Origin: Candidatus Eiseniibacteriota bacterium
GTDB lineage: Bacteria > Eisenbacteria > RBG-16-71-46 > CAZAMP01
Reading direction: 5' to 3'
Assembly: GCA_965224245.1 (NCBI GenBank)
Contig: OZ245046.1
Location: 3,936,001-4,000,000 of the forward strand
Length of the DNA stretch: 64,000 nt
Positions within the stretch are counted from its first letter, which is position 1. Every line of letters begins with the position of its first letter. The translations under genes were made by a program, and so were the position numbers. Shown in pieces: positions 1 to 10,600 of the stretch. Under the pieces are notes generated by a model, which saw only the letters and a program-made list of their open reading frames with translations, was not told the origin of the DNA and did not search any database.

Positions 1-1516
1 ACGGATCGAAGACCCGGCCGGCGTCGTCCGAGAGGATCGTCAGCGCGGTGTCCACCTCGTACGCCGGGCGATGGGGACGCTCGTGGGTGAGCGCGTCGAA
101 CGCGTTCGCGAGCGCGACGATTCGCGCCCCGATGGGGATCGACTCCTCGCCGAAACCGAGCGGATAGCCCGTCCCGTCCCAGTGCTCGTGGTGACACCGC
201 ACGATCTCGGCCACCGCGTTCAGGGGGCCGGTGTCCGACAGCGTCGCCGCCGCGCGCAGGGGCGCCTCGGCGAGATGCTCGCGCTCGACGTCGCCGATCT
301 CCCGGGGCTCGTCCAGCATCTCGTAGATCTCGATCAGGCCGAGGTCGTGGAGCTGCCCCCCGAGCCGGATCGCATCGACCTGGCTCGTGTCGAGACCGAT
401 GCGCTGGGCGAGCGCGACCGCGAGCCGCGAGACCCGATCCGAGTGACCGGCCATGCCGGTGTGCCGGCTCTCGAGCCTCCGGATCAGCGACGACGACGTC
501 TCGAGCAACGAGCGCTGCATGTCGGCGATGGCGTAATGCTTCGACATCGCGACCGAGACCGAGCGCGCGATCCCGGCGATCAGGTCCAGGTTCTGATCCG
601 AGGGTGACTCGGGGGGCCCGTGCGCGATCGCGCCCACGAGCTCGCCGTCGACGTGGACCGGAAACAGATACGCGATGCCCGCGGCCTCCAGCGGCGCCAC
701 CTCGGCCCGCGTCTCGCGGCGCGCCGACAGCGGCGCGAGGCTGAGCAGGCGGTCGTTCTGCCCGACGAGCTCGGCGAGCACGCCGTCGGGCGCGAACGCG
801 AGCCCCTCCGCCGGCTCGCGCGTCCACCCGCGGCCGGCCCGGAGCGAGATCCGTCCATCCTCGTCGCGGAGGAACAGCGCGGTGACACCCAGATTGAGGT
901 ATCCCACCGCCACCGTCACGAACTTCGTCACCAGCTCGTCGGGAGCGTCCGACTGTCCCAGCTCCTGGAGCACGCGGACGATCGAGCCCATGCGGAAGAG
1001 CCGGCTCCGCATCTCGGTACGCGACTCCTCGAGGGCACGTTCACCCTGCGAGAGCTTCCGCTCGAGCGCGCTCACGCGGCGGGTCAGGTTCTCGCTCTCG
1101 TGAACCCGGTCCAGGATCCGGCGGATGCGCAGGATCAGCTCGCGGGGCGAGAAGGGCTTGGCGATGTAGTCGTCCGCGCCGTTGCGGAGCCCCTTGAGCT
1201 TGGCCTCCGACGACGCGTTGGAGGAGATCAGGATCACCGGCAGGTGCTCGAACGCGGGGCTTCCCCGGAGACTCTCCAGCACCTCGAGACCGCTCCGCCG
1301 GGGCAGCTCGTCGTCGAGCACGACGAGGTCTGGATTCGAGCCGCTGACCCGCCGGACGGCCTCGTCGCCGTTGTTCGCGGTGACGACGTCGAACCCGCGG
1401 CCCGACAGCGTGATCTGCAGGAGGTCCAGCACGCGGGAGTCGTCGTCGACGACGAGGATCTTCTCGCCTTCACGGGCGGCCAGGCGGCCGGAGGCGCCCT
1501 TCCCTCTCTTGGACAT
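1..1516 (-). CDS. Response regulator with REC, coiled-coil/GAF-like and HD-GYP domains (3' end runs off the window)
   Basis: Not in the ORF track because there is no stop in the window. Manual translation from ATG 1516 (AAGGAG upstream) gives KILVVDDD...DLVVLD...YIAKPF (receiver), then GHSDRV...LHDLG...HHEHWDGTGYP...ANAFDALTHERPHRPAY (HD-GYP). Confidence 0.9.
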   Translation of the reverse strand, partial: MSKRGKGASGRLAAREGEKILVVDDDSRVLDLLQITLSGRGFDVVTANNGDEAVRRVSGSNPDLVVLDDELPRRSGLEVLESLRGSPAFEHLPVILISSNASSEAKLKGLRNGADDYIAKPFSPRELILRIRRILDRVHESENLTRRVSALERKLSQGERALEESRTEMRSRLFRMGSIVRVLQELGQSDAPDELVTKFVTVAVGYLNLGVTALFLRDEDGRISLRAGRGWTREPAEGLAFAPDGVLAELVGQNDRLLSLAPLSARRETRAEVAPLEAAGIAYLFPVHVDGELVGAIAHGPPESPSDQNLDLIAGIARSVSVAMSKHYAIADMQRSLLETSSSLIRRLESRHTGMAGHSDRVSRLAVALAQRIGLDTSQVDAIRLGGQLHDLGLIEIYEMLDEPREIGDVEREHLAEAPLRAAATLSDTGPLNAVAEIVRCHHEHWDGTGYPLGFGEESIPIGARIVALANAFDALTHERPHRPAYEVDTALTILSDDAGRVFDP

Positions 1517-1637
1517 GGATGCTCCTTGCAAGCGACGCGGTGGGCCGTTGGCTGACGTATCGGCTGGCAGACGCCGCGCCTTGCGCGGTCGCGGGAACGC
1601 GTGGCTGGACCGGCGCAGAGCGCCGGCTGAGAGGAGC

Positions 1638-2720
1638 CTATTCCTGGACGAAGCTCGGCGGCATGACCCGGAGCATCGTGCCGTCTCGAAGATCGCCGTA
1701 CGTCGCGACGACCCAGAGATAGCCGATTCCCTCGTCGACCGCCGTCGGCAATCCCACCGTGTTCGGCGTGACGACCCCGGAGACGGGGTCGATCGTGGCC
1801 ACCGGCACGCCGAAGAGGTCGCGGCTGATCGGATAGACGACGTCGTTGAAGTTGCGGTCCTCGACGACGTAGGTCGTGCGCGGTCCCACCAGGCCCCACA
1901 GGCCCTCGAGCAGCCACTGCCCGGTGCCGGACTCGAAGTCGTCGATGAACACGACCTCACCGTCGGCGAGAAGCAGCACGTCGTCGATCGTCCAGCCCTC
2001 GGCCTCGTAGGCCGGGCTCGACGTGGTCACGAATCGCAGCTCGATCGTCTGCCCGGCGTAAGCGGACAGATCGACCTCGCCGGGCCAGAACGACCCGACG
2101 AAGCCGGCCACGAACGTGTACGTCTCGAGCACCTCCCAGTCGCCCGTCGTGCGCACCTCGACGGTGCCGGTGTCCGAGAACGCGTTGAAGCGGAAGTTCC
2201 AGTGGTGCCAGAACCGGAGGACCACCGACTCGGCGGCCGGGATCGCCAGCGGCGTGGCGACCGTGGCCGCGAAGCTGTCGAACTCGGGATACATGCCCTC
2301 GGGGCTGTCGCAGAGCGCGAATTGCCCCGAGTGCGCGTCGGACGCCGTATCCGAGATGGCCCAGGAGGCCGCGACCGGACCGATCTCGATGTCGTCGCCG
2401 AGCCCCCACTCGGTCACGCCGTTGGGCCCCCGCGAGTAGCCGATGGCGTCGAGGTCCTGGGACTTGCGAACGTCGAGCCCCCCGATGCCGAGCGGACCCC
2501 GGATCGCGAGACAGCCTCCGCCGGCGAGCACCCAGGTGCCCCCGACCGTGGCCGGCGGGCGCTCGCCGGGATGCGACTCGTCCTGCTCGGCGATCATGAT
2601 GTAGTCGACGGTGCTGGCGATCTCTGCGCGGACGTCGTGGTCGCCGCCGCTCAGGGCGGCCAGCACGATCGCGGCGCTCGGGATGAGACGAGCGGCGCTC
2701 GGGATGAGACGAGATGTCAC
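1638..2720 (-). CDS. Secreted hypothetical protein with a jelly-roll (MAM/immune inhibitor A-like) domain
   Basis: 360-aa ORF with a signal-peptide-like N-terminus. Motifs VLRFWHHWNF, DLSAYAGQTIELRF and EGWTIDDV are typical of extracellular beta-sandwich domains. GTG start overlaps the upstream stop (GTGA). Confidence 0.7.
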   Translation of the reverse strand: MTSRLIPSAARLIPSAAIVLAALSGGDHDVRAEIASTVDYIMIAEQDESHPGERPPATVGGTWVLAGGGCLAIRGPLGIGGLDVRKSQDLDAIGYSRGPNGVTEWGLGDDIEIGPVAASWAISDTASDAHSGQFALCDSPEGMYPEFDSFAATVATPLAIPAAESVVLRFWHHWNFRFNAFSDTGTVEVRTTGDWEVLETYTFVAGFVGSFWPGEVDLSAYAGQTIELRFVTTSSPAYEAEGWTIDDVLLLADGEVVFIDDFESGTGQWLLEGLWGLVGPRTTYVVEDRNFNDVVYPISRDLFGVPVATIDPVSGVVTPNTVGLPTAVDEGIGYLWVVATYGDLRDGTMLRVMPPSFVQE

Positions 2721-3742
2721 GTGGATGCCTCGTGCGGTTCTGGCCGTGTCTCCGAGTATAGCGGCGGATCACCGGTGCCGGGAACAGGCGTCGGCGAATC
2801 CGGCGGTGTCGTTTCGGGCGTCGGCCACCGGGCGACGTCGGCCGCGCCGTCCGCGGCCAGGGACGCAACCGATCGGCTGCGCGAGACGATCCGCCGCCCG
2901 TCGGTGGCCTGCGCCTCCAGGCCCGAGCTGACGCTCGCGATCGTGTCCAGGAGATCGTCCAGTCGTCCGCCGAGGCGCTCGACGATGCCGCGCACGCGCC
3001 GTCCGGCGGGCTGGGTCGGGTCGGCGCGATCGATCTCTCCCAGGATCGCGGTGACCGACCCGCGAAGCTCCTTCACCGCGACCGCCACCTCGAGGAGTGT
3101 CAGGAACGCCTGTTCGCGAGCGGATGCCGTTGTCCCGGCGTCGGTTCCAATCGATTCCGCATCGGCGAGAATCGACTCCAGCACACGCCCCACGCGGTGC
3201 TCGTGGCGCGCGAGCCGCTCCACGAGCGCGCGAAACGCCGCCCCCACGGGCGCCAGCGCGCCGGTGCACTCGGCCGCGTCGCCCGCCGACTCGGACGTAC
3301 CGATGCGGTCCAGGCACCGGACGATGGTCTGGACGTCGGCCTCGGTGACGGTGTTGTCCTCGTCGGCGAGCGCAGCGCTGGCCTGAAGCGCCATCACCTC
3401 GGTGTAGAGCCGCCGAACCTCCCAGTCGGCGCGCCGGTGGAGCGAGGCTCCCGGGCGAAGCGGTCGACCCGCGGCCAGCGCCTCGGACATCTCGTCGATC
3501 GGCGTTCGAATCACGCCCGCGACGTGACGGGCCCACGCCACGGTCCACACGCCGGTGAGTCCCAGAACGAGCGTGCACGTCACCCAGAGGACCGTTTGCG
3601 TGGGATCGGCAAAAACGACGAAGCAAGTCAGCGCCAGCGTGGTTGAACAGACAGGAACGGTGGCGAGGGCCACGAGGCGCGCCGTCAGCATCCCCCCGCG
3701 CGCGAGATCCGGCGACGACCGGTCTCGGCTCGTCTCGTTCAT
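2717..3742 (-). CDS. Membrane protein with two TM helices, a HAMP-like linker and a degenerate MCP-like coiled coil
   Basis: Likely start MNETSR at 3742 (GGGGAT upstream). Two hydrophobic helices are followed by PIDEMSEAL...EVRRL (HAMP-like) and a long helical tail. Confidence 0.55.
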   Translation of the reverse strand: MNETSRDRSSPDLARGGMLTARLVALATVPVCSTTLALTCFVVFADPTQTVLWVTCTLVLGLTGVWTVAWARHVAGVIRTPIDEMSEALAAGRPLRPGASLHRRADWEVRRLYTEVMALQASAALADEDNTVTEADVQTIVRCLDRIGTSESAGDAAECTGALAPVGAAFRALVERLARHEHRVGRVLESILADAESIGTDAGTTASAREQAFLTLLEVAVAVKELRGSVTAILGEIDRADPTQPAGRRVRGIVERLGGRLDDLLDTIASVSSGLEAQATDGRRIVSRSRSVASLAADGAADVARWPTPETTPPDSPTPVPGTGDPPLYSETRPEPHEAST

Positions 3743-3781
3743 CGATCCCCCGTGCAGTTTGCAAGGGTCGACAGGTGATCG

Positions 3782-3818
3782 GCGCAATGCGCACGCGTCG
3801 GCGCCGGTCGCATTGCGC
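3782..3818. promoter_or_regulatory. Perfect 10-bp inverted repeat (GCGCAATGCG-N17-CGCATTGCGC), candidate enhancer/operator
   Basis: Seen directly; lies about 120-155 bp upstream of the sigma54 element, between divergent genes. Confidence 0.45.
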
Positions 3819-3937
3819 GGTTCGGTGAGCCGGAGCATCCGCGATCCCCCGGGCGCGTGCAAGCCGGTCGGTGCAACCCACGCCGGGGCAGGCATCAACG
3901 TCGAGCGTGGCCCGAGGCACATCTCGGCCCGATCGCG

Positions 3938-3953
3938 TGGCACACCACTTGCT
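3938..3953 (+). promoter_or_regulatory. Sigma54 (-24/-12) promoter TGGCAC-ACCAC-TTGCT
   Basis: Exact match to TGGCAC-N5-TTGCW with GG-N10-GC spacing, about 125 bp upstream of ATG 4080. Confidence 0.8.
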
Positions 3954-4079
3954 CAAACCGGTTGCGATCGTACGCACGGACCGAACGACACGCTCCGCTC
4001 GATGCGCTCGACGCGACGCCGCCCGCGGCGGTGGTCACCGGTGGCACGATGCGGAGGACCTCGGGAAGGAAGGCACAAG

Positions 4080-4868
4080 ATGGAGGGCAGCCGGCGAGAA
4101 CCGCTGGCCTACTCGCTCGAGGATCGCGAGGCGGCTCCGACGTTTCAGTTCATGCTGAAGTGTCTGCTCTATTCGCGCCTGCAAACCGGGCTCGTCTCCA
4201 ACCGGGACTACTACGACGAGGACGTGAACGTCTACGTCGCGCACCTGCTTCAGGCGTTCATCAACCCCGACTACATCGAGCGCGTTCGCCCGTACCTCTC
4301 TCAGTACGATTCCGACGTCTTCGCCAAGCTCGCCGACTCGAGCGACGCGCGGCTGAAGTACACGATCTACAAGACCAACGCCGACTTTCTCCTGATCTCG
4401 ATGGGGCTGTTCGACGACGCCACCGCGATGGCGCCCGACCGGCGCCGCGGCGGGGAGAAGTCATGGCGGCATCCGTCCGAAGAGGCCTACGCGGGACGCG
4501 GGCGCACGTACTACCGCTTCGCGTACACGTACAGCCAGCGCCTGCCCCGCAAGAACTCCGGCATCAGCGACGTGCTGGAGAAGCTGGCCGTCGGCTTCGA
4601 CCGCTACACGACGATCCTCGCCCACATGCGCGGGGAGTACTTCGATCTGATGAACCGACTCTCGGAAGGAGAGGTCTTTCACCTCCAGCGCGCGGTCAAC
4701 GACGACGCCCGAAAGGAAGAGGTGAAGCTCAAGCAGGACGCGCTGCTCGATCTCTACAACGCGTGGCGCGAGCGACCCGACCGGGAGACGCTGGCGCAGC
4801 TCGAGGAGCTGGTGGCCGAGCTCAAGACGCTCGACCCGGGTTTCGACTTCAAGCTGCCGGAGGCCTGA
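4080..4868 (+). CDS. Conserved-looking all-alpha hypothetical protein (262 aa)
   Basis: Strong coding bias from ATG 4080 (GGAAGGAAGG upstream). Sequence DEDVNVYVAHLL...ADFLLISMGLF...GRTYYRFA. No catalytic motif recognised. Confidence 0.85.
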   Translation: MEGSRREPLAYSLEDREAAPTFQFMLKCLLYSRLQTGLVSNRDYYDEDVNVYVAHLLQAFINPDYIERVRPYLSQYDSDVFAKLADSSDARLKYTIYKTNADFLLISMGLFDDATAMAPDRRRGGEKSWRHPSEEAYAGRGRTYYRFAYTYSQRLPRKNSGISDVLEKLAVGFDRYTTILAHMRGEYFDLMNRLSEGEVFHLQRAVNDDARKEEVKLKQDALLDLYNAWRERPDRETLAQLEELVAELKTLDPGFDFKLPEA

Positions 4869-5026
4869 GCACGCACGACGGTTCGGATTGGGCGCCTCCA
4901 TCTCTTGCTGAACACCGTGCGTCGCGCCCGCTCGGGGCTCTCTCCCTTCACCTCGGTTGACACCCTGCGGGAGAGAGCCCGTTTTCGTCTCGCCGGGATG
5001 CTATGATCGCGCGCGGAGGTTCCCAC

Positions 5027-6292
5027 ATGAACGCGCGCTCTCTCGTTCGCTCGAGCCGTCGTCACGGCGACCGCCTCGTCGTCCTCGCCTCGCTGACGGT
5101 GCTCCTCGCAACCGGACCGCCCCTCGCGCGCGCCGACGACGTCGTCGTGCGCGTCGAGGTCGGCAACGACCTGGCCCGCATCCTGGACGAGGCGGCCGCG
5201 GGGACACGTGTCGAGCTGGCGCCCGGCACGCATCGGCTACGGCCGCATCCGTTCACCGAGTCCACCTGCGGGAACTGCGAGGACCCCGACACGCCGGTGA
5301 CGGTCACTGTGGGCGCGATCGTGTCCGCGGACGCGATCCGCGTGGTGGGCGACGAGGCGGGCTCCACCATCGAGACCAACGCCGGGTACGGTCTCCTGTT
5401 CGACGGATGCGACGGCGGCGCGATCGAGAACGTGACCATCACCGGCGGGAGACGTGACCCCGATGGCAACGCCACGTCGGCCGCGATCGTCGTGAAGCAC
5501 GGCAGCATCGAGGTGATCGGCTGCCGGATCGAGGACAACGTCGGCGACCCCGAGATCGTGCGCGAGATCGTCGTCGGCATCATCGGCATCGCGGTCCGTG
5601 AGGGCGGCGAGCTCTGGGCTCACGGCAACGTGATCCGACGGAACTCGTGGGATGGCATCGCCCTCTACCGGGGCGCGCTGGCCGAGATCACCGACAACGT
5701 CGTCGACGGCGTCGACGCCGCCCGGGGCGGCGACGTGGGTGGCGGGCGCGGCGTGGGCATCGGGGTCACGTGGGACGCGCATGCCGTGATCAGGGGCAAC
5801 CTCGTCCGGAACTACTGGAAGGGCATCGGCCTCTTCGTCGACGCGTACGGCGAGGTCAGCGAGAACATCGTCGAGGACGTGCTCACCTGGGGCATCTCGC
5901 TGTGGGATGCGGGCAAGGGAACGCCCCAGGGATGGATCCGGCGGAACGCGGTCTACCGGACCGGCGCATGCGGCATCTCCATCGTGCGCGCGAGCGACGA
6001 GGCCCCGTCCGGAGCGCTCGAGGGCAACATCGTGATCGAGACCGGTCGCGACCCACGCTACGACTCGGGCGAGCCGTACTGCGAGCAGACCGCGATCGCA
6101 CGACACGCGGTGCCCGAGCACTTCGAGATCACCGAGAACGTCCTGTGGCGAAACCGCGAGCCGAACGACGCGCCGGGCCGTGACGACGCGGGGGGCGAGG
6201 ATCTCCCCGAGAGCGCCGGGCCCACCCTGTCGCGACTGGGGCAGCACGAATCGCTCTGGCGGTCGGCGTTCCTGGTCCGGTTCGGCAGCTGA
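5027..6292 (+). CDS. Secreted right-handed parallel beta-helix repeat protein
   Basis: GGAGG SD before ATG 5027, extended -10 TGCTATGAT at 4999-5007, signal peptide, and repeated xxNxIxxNxxxGI beta-helix turns. Confidence 0.85.
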   Translation: MNARSLVRSSRRHGDRLVVLASLTVLLATGPPLARADDVVVRVEVGNDLARILDEAAAGTRVELAPGTHRLRPHPFTESTCGNCEDPDTPVTVTVGAIVSADAIRVVGDEAGSTIETNAGYGLLFDGCDGGAIENVTITGGRRDPDGNATSAAIVVKHGSIEVIGCRIEDNVGDPEIVREIVVGIIGIAVREGGELWAHGNVIRRNSWDGIALYRGALAEITDNVVDGVDAARGGDVGGGRGVGIGVTWDAHAVIRGNLVRNYWKGIGLFVDAYGEVSENIVEDVLTWGISLWDAGKGTPQGWIRRNAVYRTGACGISIVRASDEAPSGALEGNIVIETGRDPRYDSGEPYCEQTAIARHAVPEHFEITENVLWRNREPNDAPGRDDAGGEDLPESAGPTLSRLGQHESLWRSAFLVRFGS

Positions 6293-6423
6293 GCGATCGA
6301 ACGCGTCCCGGCTGTGCTACCCTGTTCCGGCTCGACGCGGGCACGGGAGCGATCGCGGCTCCGAATCCCGCAAGTCGTTTCTTGTTTTACGCTTAGCAGA
6401 TCTGCGAAAGGGTGACCCGAGCC

Positions 6424-7611
6424 ATGGCGAAGCACACCATCGTGTCGATGCCCGGAGACGGCATCGGCAAGGTCGTTCTCCCCGAGGCCGTTCGCGTCCT
6501 CGACGCCGCCGGCTTCGACGCCGAGTACGTCCACGGCGACATCGGCTGGGAGTTCTGGATCACCGAGGGCAACGCGCTGCCGGCGCGCACGATCGATCTG
6601 ATCGCCGAGCACCGGGTGGCGCTCTTCGGCGCCATCACGTCCAAGCCGAAGGACGCGGCCGCGCGCGAGCTGAGCCCGTCGCTCGCGGACCAGGGATACG
6701 TCTACTTCAGCCCGATCGTCGGTCTGCGCCAGCACTTCGACCTCGACGTCAGCGTTCGACCATGCCTGTCGTTCCCCGGCAACCCCCTGAACTTCGTCCG
6801 GCGCGCCGCGGACGGCGGCCTCGACGAGCCGCGCGTGAACGCGGTCATCTTCCGCCAGAACACCGAGGGGCTCTACGGCGGCGTCGAGTGGACGGATCCG
6901 CCCCCCCGGGTCCGCGACGCGCTGAACACGCACCCCAAGATGAAGGCCTTCGCCGACGTTCCGGGCGAGGACCTCGCGGTGTCCACGCGAATCTTCACCC
7001 GTAACGCATGCCGGCGCATCTGTCGGGCTGCGTTCGAGCACGCGAAGACGTACGGCTACCCGAGCGTGACGGTGTGCGAGAAGCCGAACGTGATCCGTGA
7101 GACCAGCGGCATGATGCTGGCCGAGGCGCGGGCGATGCAGAAGGCCGACTACCCCGACATCCAGCTCTGGGACACCAACATCGACGCGATGATGATGTGG
7201 CTGACCAAGAACCCCGAGGACTACGGCCCCATCGTCGCGGGAAACATGTTCGGGGACATCATCTCCGACGGGTTCGCCGGCCTCGTGGGCGGTCTCGGCT
7301 TCGCGTGCAGCGCCAACGTCGGTGACGACGTGGCCGTGTTCGAGCCGACCCACGGCTCGGCGCCGAAGTACGAGGCGCTCGATCCCTCCATCGTGAACCC
7401 GATCGCGATGATCCTGTCGGCGTGCATGATGCTGGACCACGTGGGCGAGGTCGACCGCGCCCGCCGGATCCGCACCGCGATCGGGGACGTCGTGGCCGAG
7501 GGCGAGGTCCGCACGTACGACATGCTGAAGCTCCGGGGCGGGCCCGACGTCGTCTCGAAAGGGGCGGCGACGACGCGCCAGATGACCGACGCCGTCATCG
7601 CGAAGCTGTAG
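6424..7611 (+). CDS. Isocitrate/isopropylmalate (beta-decarboxylating) dehydrogenase family protein
   Basis: Motifs PGDGIG, RQNTEGLY, KPNV, NMFGDIISD, FEPTHGSAPK and NPIAMIL. Substrate cannot be assigned from sequence alone. Confidence 0.93.
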   Translation: MAKHTIVSMPGDGIGKVVLPEAVRVLDAAGFDAEYVHGDIGWEFWITEGNALPARTIDLIAEHRVALFGAITSKPKDAAARELSPSLADQGYVYFSPIVGLRQHFDLDVSVRPCLSFPGNPLNFVRRAADGGLDEPRVNAVIFRQNTEGLYGGVEWTDPPPRVRDALNTHPKMKAFADVPGEDLAVSTRIFTRNACRRICRAAFEHAKTYGYPSVTVCEKPNVIRETSGMMLAEARAMQKADYPDIQLWDTNIDAMMMWLTKNPEDYGPIVAGNMFGDIISDGFAGLVGGLGFACSANVGDDVAVFEPTHGSAPKYEALDPSIVNPIAMILSACMMLDHVGEVDRARRIRTAIGDVVAEGEVRTYDMLKLRGGPDVVSKGAATTRQMTDAVIAKL

Positions 7612-7649
7612 CGGAGTCGACGGGGGCCTGGCGCGGCGCTCGCGACCCG

Positions 7650-10600
7650 TCAGCGCCAGTCGCCCGCCGCGACGCAGCCCGCCCAGCGGTGGGGATGCGT
7701 GGAGTAGCCGGCCTCTCGCAATGCCGCGAGCCTCACGAGGCACGCGGCGCGACACGCCTCGGCCGTGCTCAGGCCGTCGCGAAAGCGCGCGGCATACAGC
7801 GCCGACATCCAGTCTCGGGTGGCCTCGTCGCTGACCGGCCACAGGCTCATGATGAGCGTGCGGGCGCCCGCGATCTCGACCGCCCGGCGGAGACCAAACA
7901 CGCCCTCCGAGCTCGATACCCGCCCGACCCCCGTGTTGCAGGCGGAGAGCACGACCCAGCCCACACCCTCGAGATCCAGGCCCACGATTTCCTCGGCGGT
8001 GAGAACGCCGTCGTACTGTGAACTTCTCTCCTCCGCGCGGCGGTTCGCGCCCGCGAGCGCGAGCCCGGACAGGCGAAGCGCGCTGGCATCGACGGTGACC
8101 GAGCGTTTGGCTCCGTCCATCCGGGTCGACTCGCCCGAGGCGGCGAGAGCCCAGCCACACGTGGGGTCGACGAAGAAGCCGTGCGTGGCGACGTGGACGA
8201 CCTCTCGAGCCGGCGCCAGCGAACGCAGCGCCGCCTCGGTGGCCTCTGACCCGAGCAGGACGCGTGTCCGGCCGTCATCGCCCTCCGTCGCCGCGCGGTC
8301 GGCGGGTGATGCACCCCCATGGCGGCGGCCGTGACGGAACACCGTCGCGACCTCGGTGACCTCCTCGGCCGTGAGCGGCAGCGGCTCGAACACGAGCTCC
8401 CCGAAGTCCAGGCAATCGGCCGTGAATCCTCTGTAGTCGACGACCTCGGGGGGGAGCCGGCCGGCCACGAGCGGCTCGTCACCGCTCGCCGGCGACGCGT
8501 CGAATGCGACCCCACCCAGCGCGAGCAGGCCCCGGCCGTGCCGATCTCCTTGGGATGCCGCGACGAGCCGCTCGCTCGACAGCACGTGGAGCGTCGGCGC
8601 CGCCTCGACGAGGTAGGAATCGGCTCCCGACGGGAGCGACGCGAACGACACGAGATTGAGCGCACCCGCCGGCACGATGAGCGCGAGCGAGCGATCGTCC
8701 ACCACCGACGCGACGGGGTCCCAGATGCGTGAGCGGAGCGCGTCTCCGGCCCGGCGATAGCGGTCGAGCACGTCGGGGTCGACGCGATCACGCCGAATCC
8801 CCCGTGTCCGATCGCCGGTCGACGCGATGCCGGTCACCTCGCGCCGCCACGACGCGACCAGCGAATCGATCTTGGCGGCACTCCCGAGCGGAACCACCGG
8901 CACGTCGACACGATCGTCGCGCAGGACGAAGGCGAGGTAGCGGCCATCGCCCGAGCGCGATGCGAACGGATCCGGTCTGGGCGACTGCTGGTGCCAGTAG
9001 CGCGCGTAGGCCACGATCGCGCTCCGGTCCGGCAGCGCCGCACGCACCTCCGCGATGCCGGCATCGACTCCTCGCGATGCGACGCGTCTGGTCGCCTCAC
9101 CCTGGGCAAACTCCGCTCGCTCGAGGCGCGCTCGTGCCCGCTCGAGGCGGGCGCGATACGCCTCGGGCTCGCCGGCCGGTCCGAGCACGAGGAGCTCGGC
9201 GAGGGTGTCCCGAGCCGCCCCCAGCTCCGCCGCGAGCTCCAGAACGACGGGGTCGGAGCTCGTGACGCCGAGACGACGACGCCGGCCCATCTCGTCCAGC
9301 ACGAGGGCTCGCGAGCGGATCAGCTCGTCCAGGGCCCGCGACACGAGCTCCTTCTCCTCGCCGTGATCCACCGCCACCGACAGAAGCCAATCGAGACTCA
9401 TGCGCAGTCGCGCCGCGGACTCCAGCGCCTGACGCTCGCTCAGAACGGACATCGTCTCGCGGAGCTGGCGCCGGTTGATCCCGTTCGCACGGGCGGCGCT
9501 GGTCATCGCGAGACCGGGATCGCCCAGGTCCGCGAGCACCATGGCCCGCATCACCAGGCTCGACGCGAGATCGGGATGGTCGCTCCCGAGCACCTCTTCA
9601 CGACCCTCGACCGCGGCCTCGATGAGCGCGAGGGCCTCGGTGGGGCGCCCCCCCCACCTCAGCTCGGATGCGAGGTTGTGACGCGAGGTGAGGACATCCG
9701 GATGCCGGGCGTCCAGGTGCGCCTCGCGTAGCGAGAGGACGTCACGGTGGATCGACTCCGCCGCGGCGGGACGACCGCGCTCGGCTTCCACGATCGCCAG
9801 ATTGTTCAACGTGGACGCGACCGACAGCTCGCCCAGCGATGCGTTCGCGCGGTAGATCGAGAGCGCTCGTTGGAGGTATCGCTCCGCGTCGTCGTACCGA
9901 CCGAGGTGGATGCACGCCGCGCCGAGCGCGTCGGCGACCGCCGCCACGTAGGCGTGGTCGGCGCCGAGCACCCGCTCGCGGATCGTGAGCGCCTCCTCGA
10001 GGTAGTCGATCGCGCCCTGGTGATCTCCCGTCGCCGCGAGAACGTCTCCGAGGACCTTGAGGTTCTGAGCCAGCGTCGGGTGGTCGGGAGCCAGTCGCGC
10101 GCGGCGGACCACCAGCGCGCGCTCCAGGAAAACGCGTGCCTCCGCGTGATAGCCGAGACGCTGCTGGATCACGGCCAGGTTGTGCATCGCCGACACCGTG
10201 GTCAGGTGCTCCGGTCCCCGTGTCTTCTCCTGAATCGCCAACGATCGCGCGAGCGCGTCCCGCGCCTCGACGTATCGCCCCGCGAAGACGAGCGTGGACC
10301 CGATCTGATTGAGAGCCGATGCGACCTTCGTATGCTCGGGGCCGAGCACACGCCGGCGGATGTCGAGCACGCGCTCGGCGACGGCCAGCGCGCGTGCCGT
10401 CTGTCCGCTGTCGCGCAGTACGTAGTTCAGGAACGAGAGGGCCTTCGCGGTCTCCAGGGCGTCGGGTCCGAGCTCGCGCTCTCGCAACGCCACCGCGCGC
10501 TCGGCGAGATCGATGGCGCGATCGTACTCCGCCGCCACGCGGTGGAGCGTCGCGCGATTGACGAGGCTGTGAGCCAGCGCCACCGGCTGGTCCGCCTCGT

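Noticed and set aside
71-1555. + strand ORFs 71-607 and 620-1555
   Set aside because: Shadows of the minus-strand REC/HD-GYP gene that the track missed.
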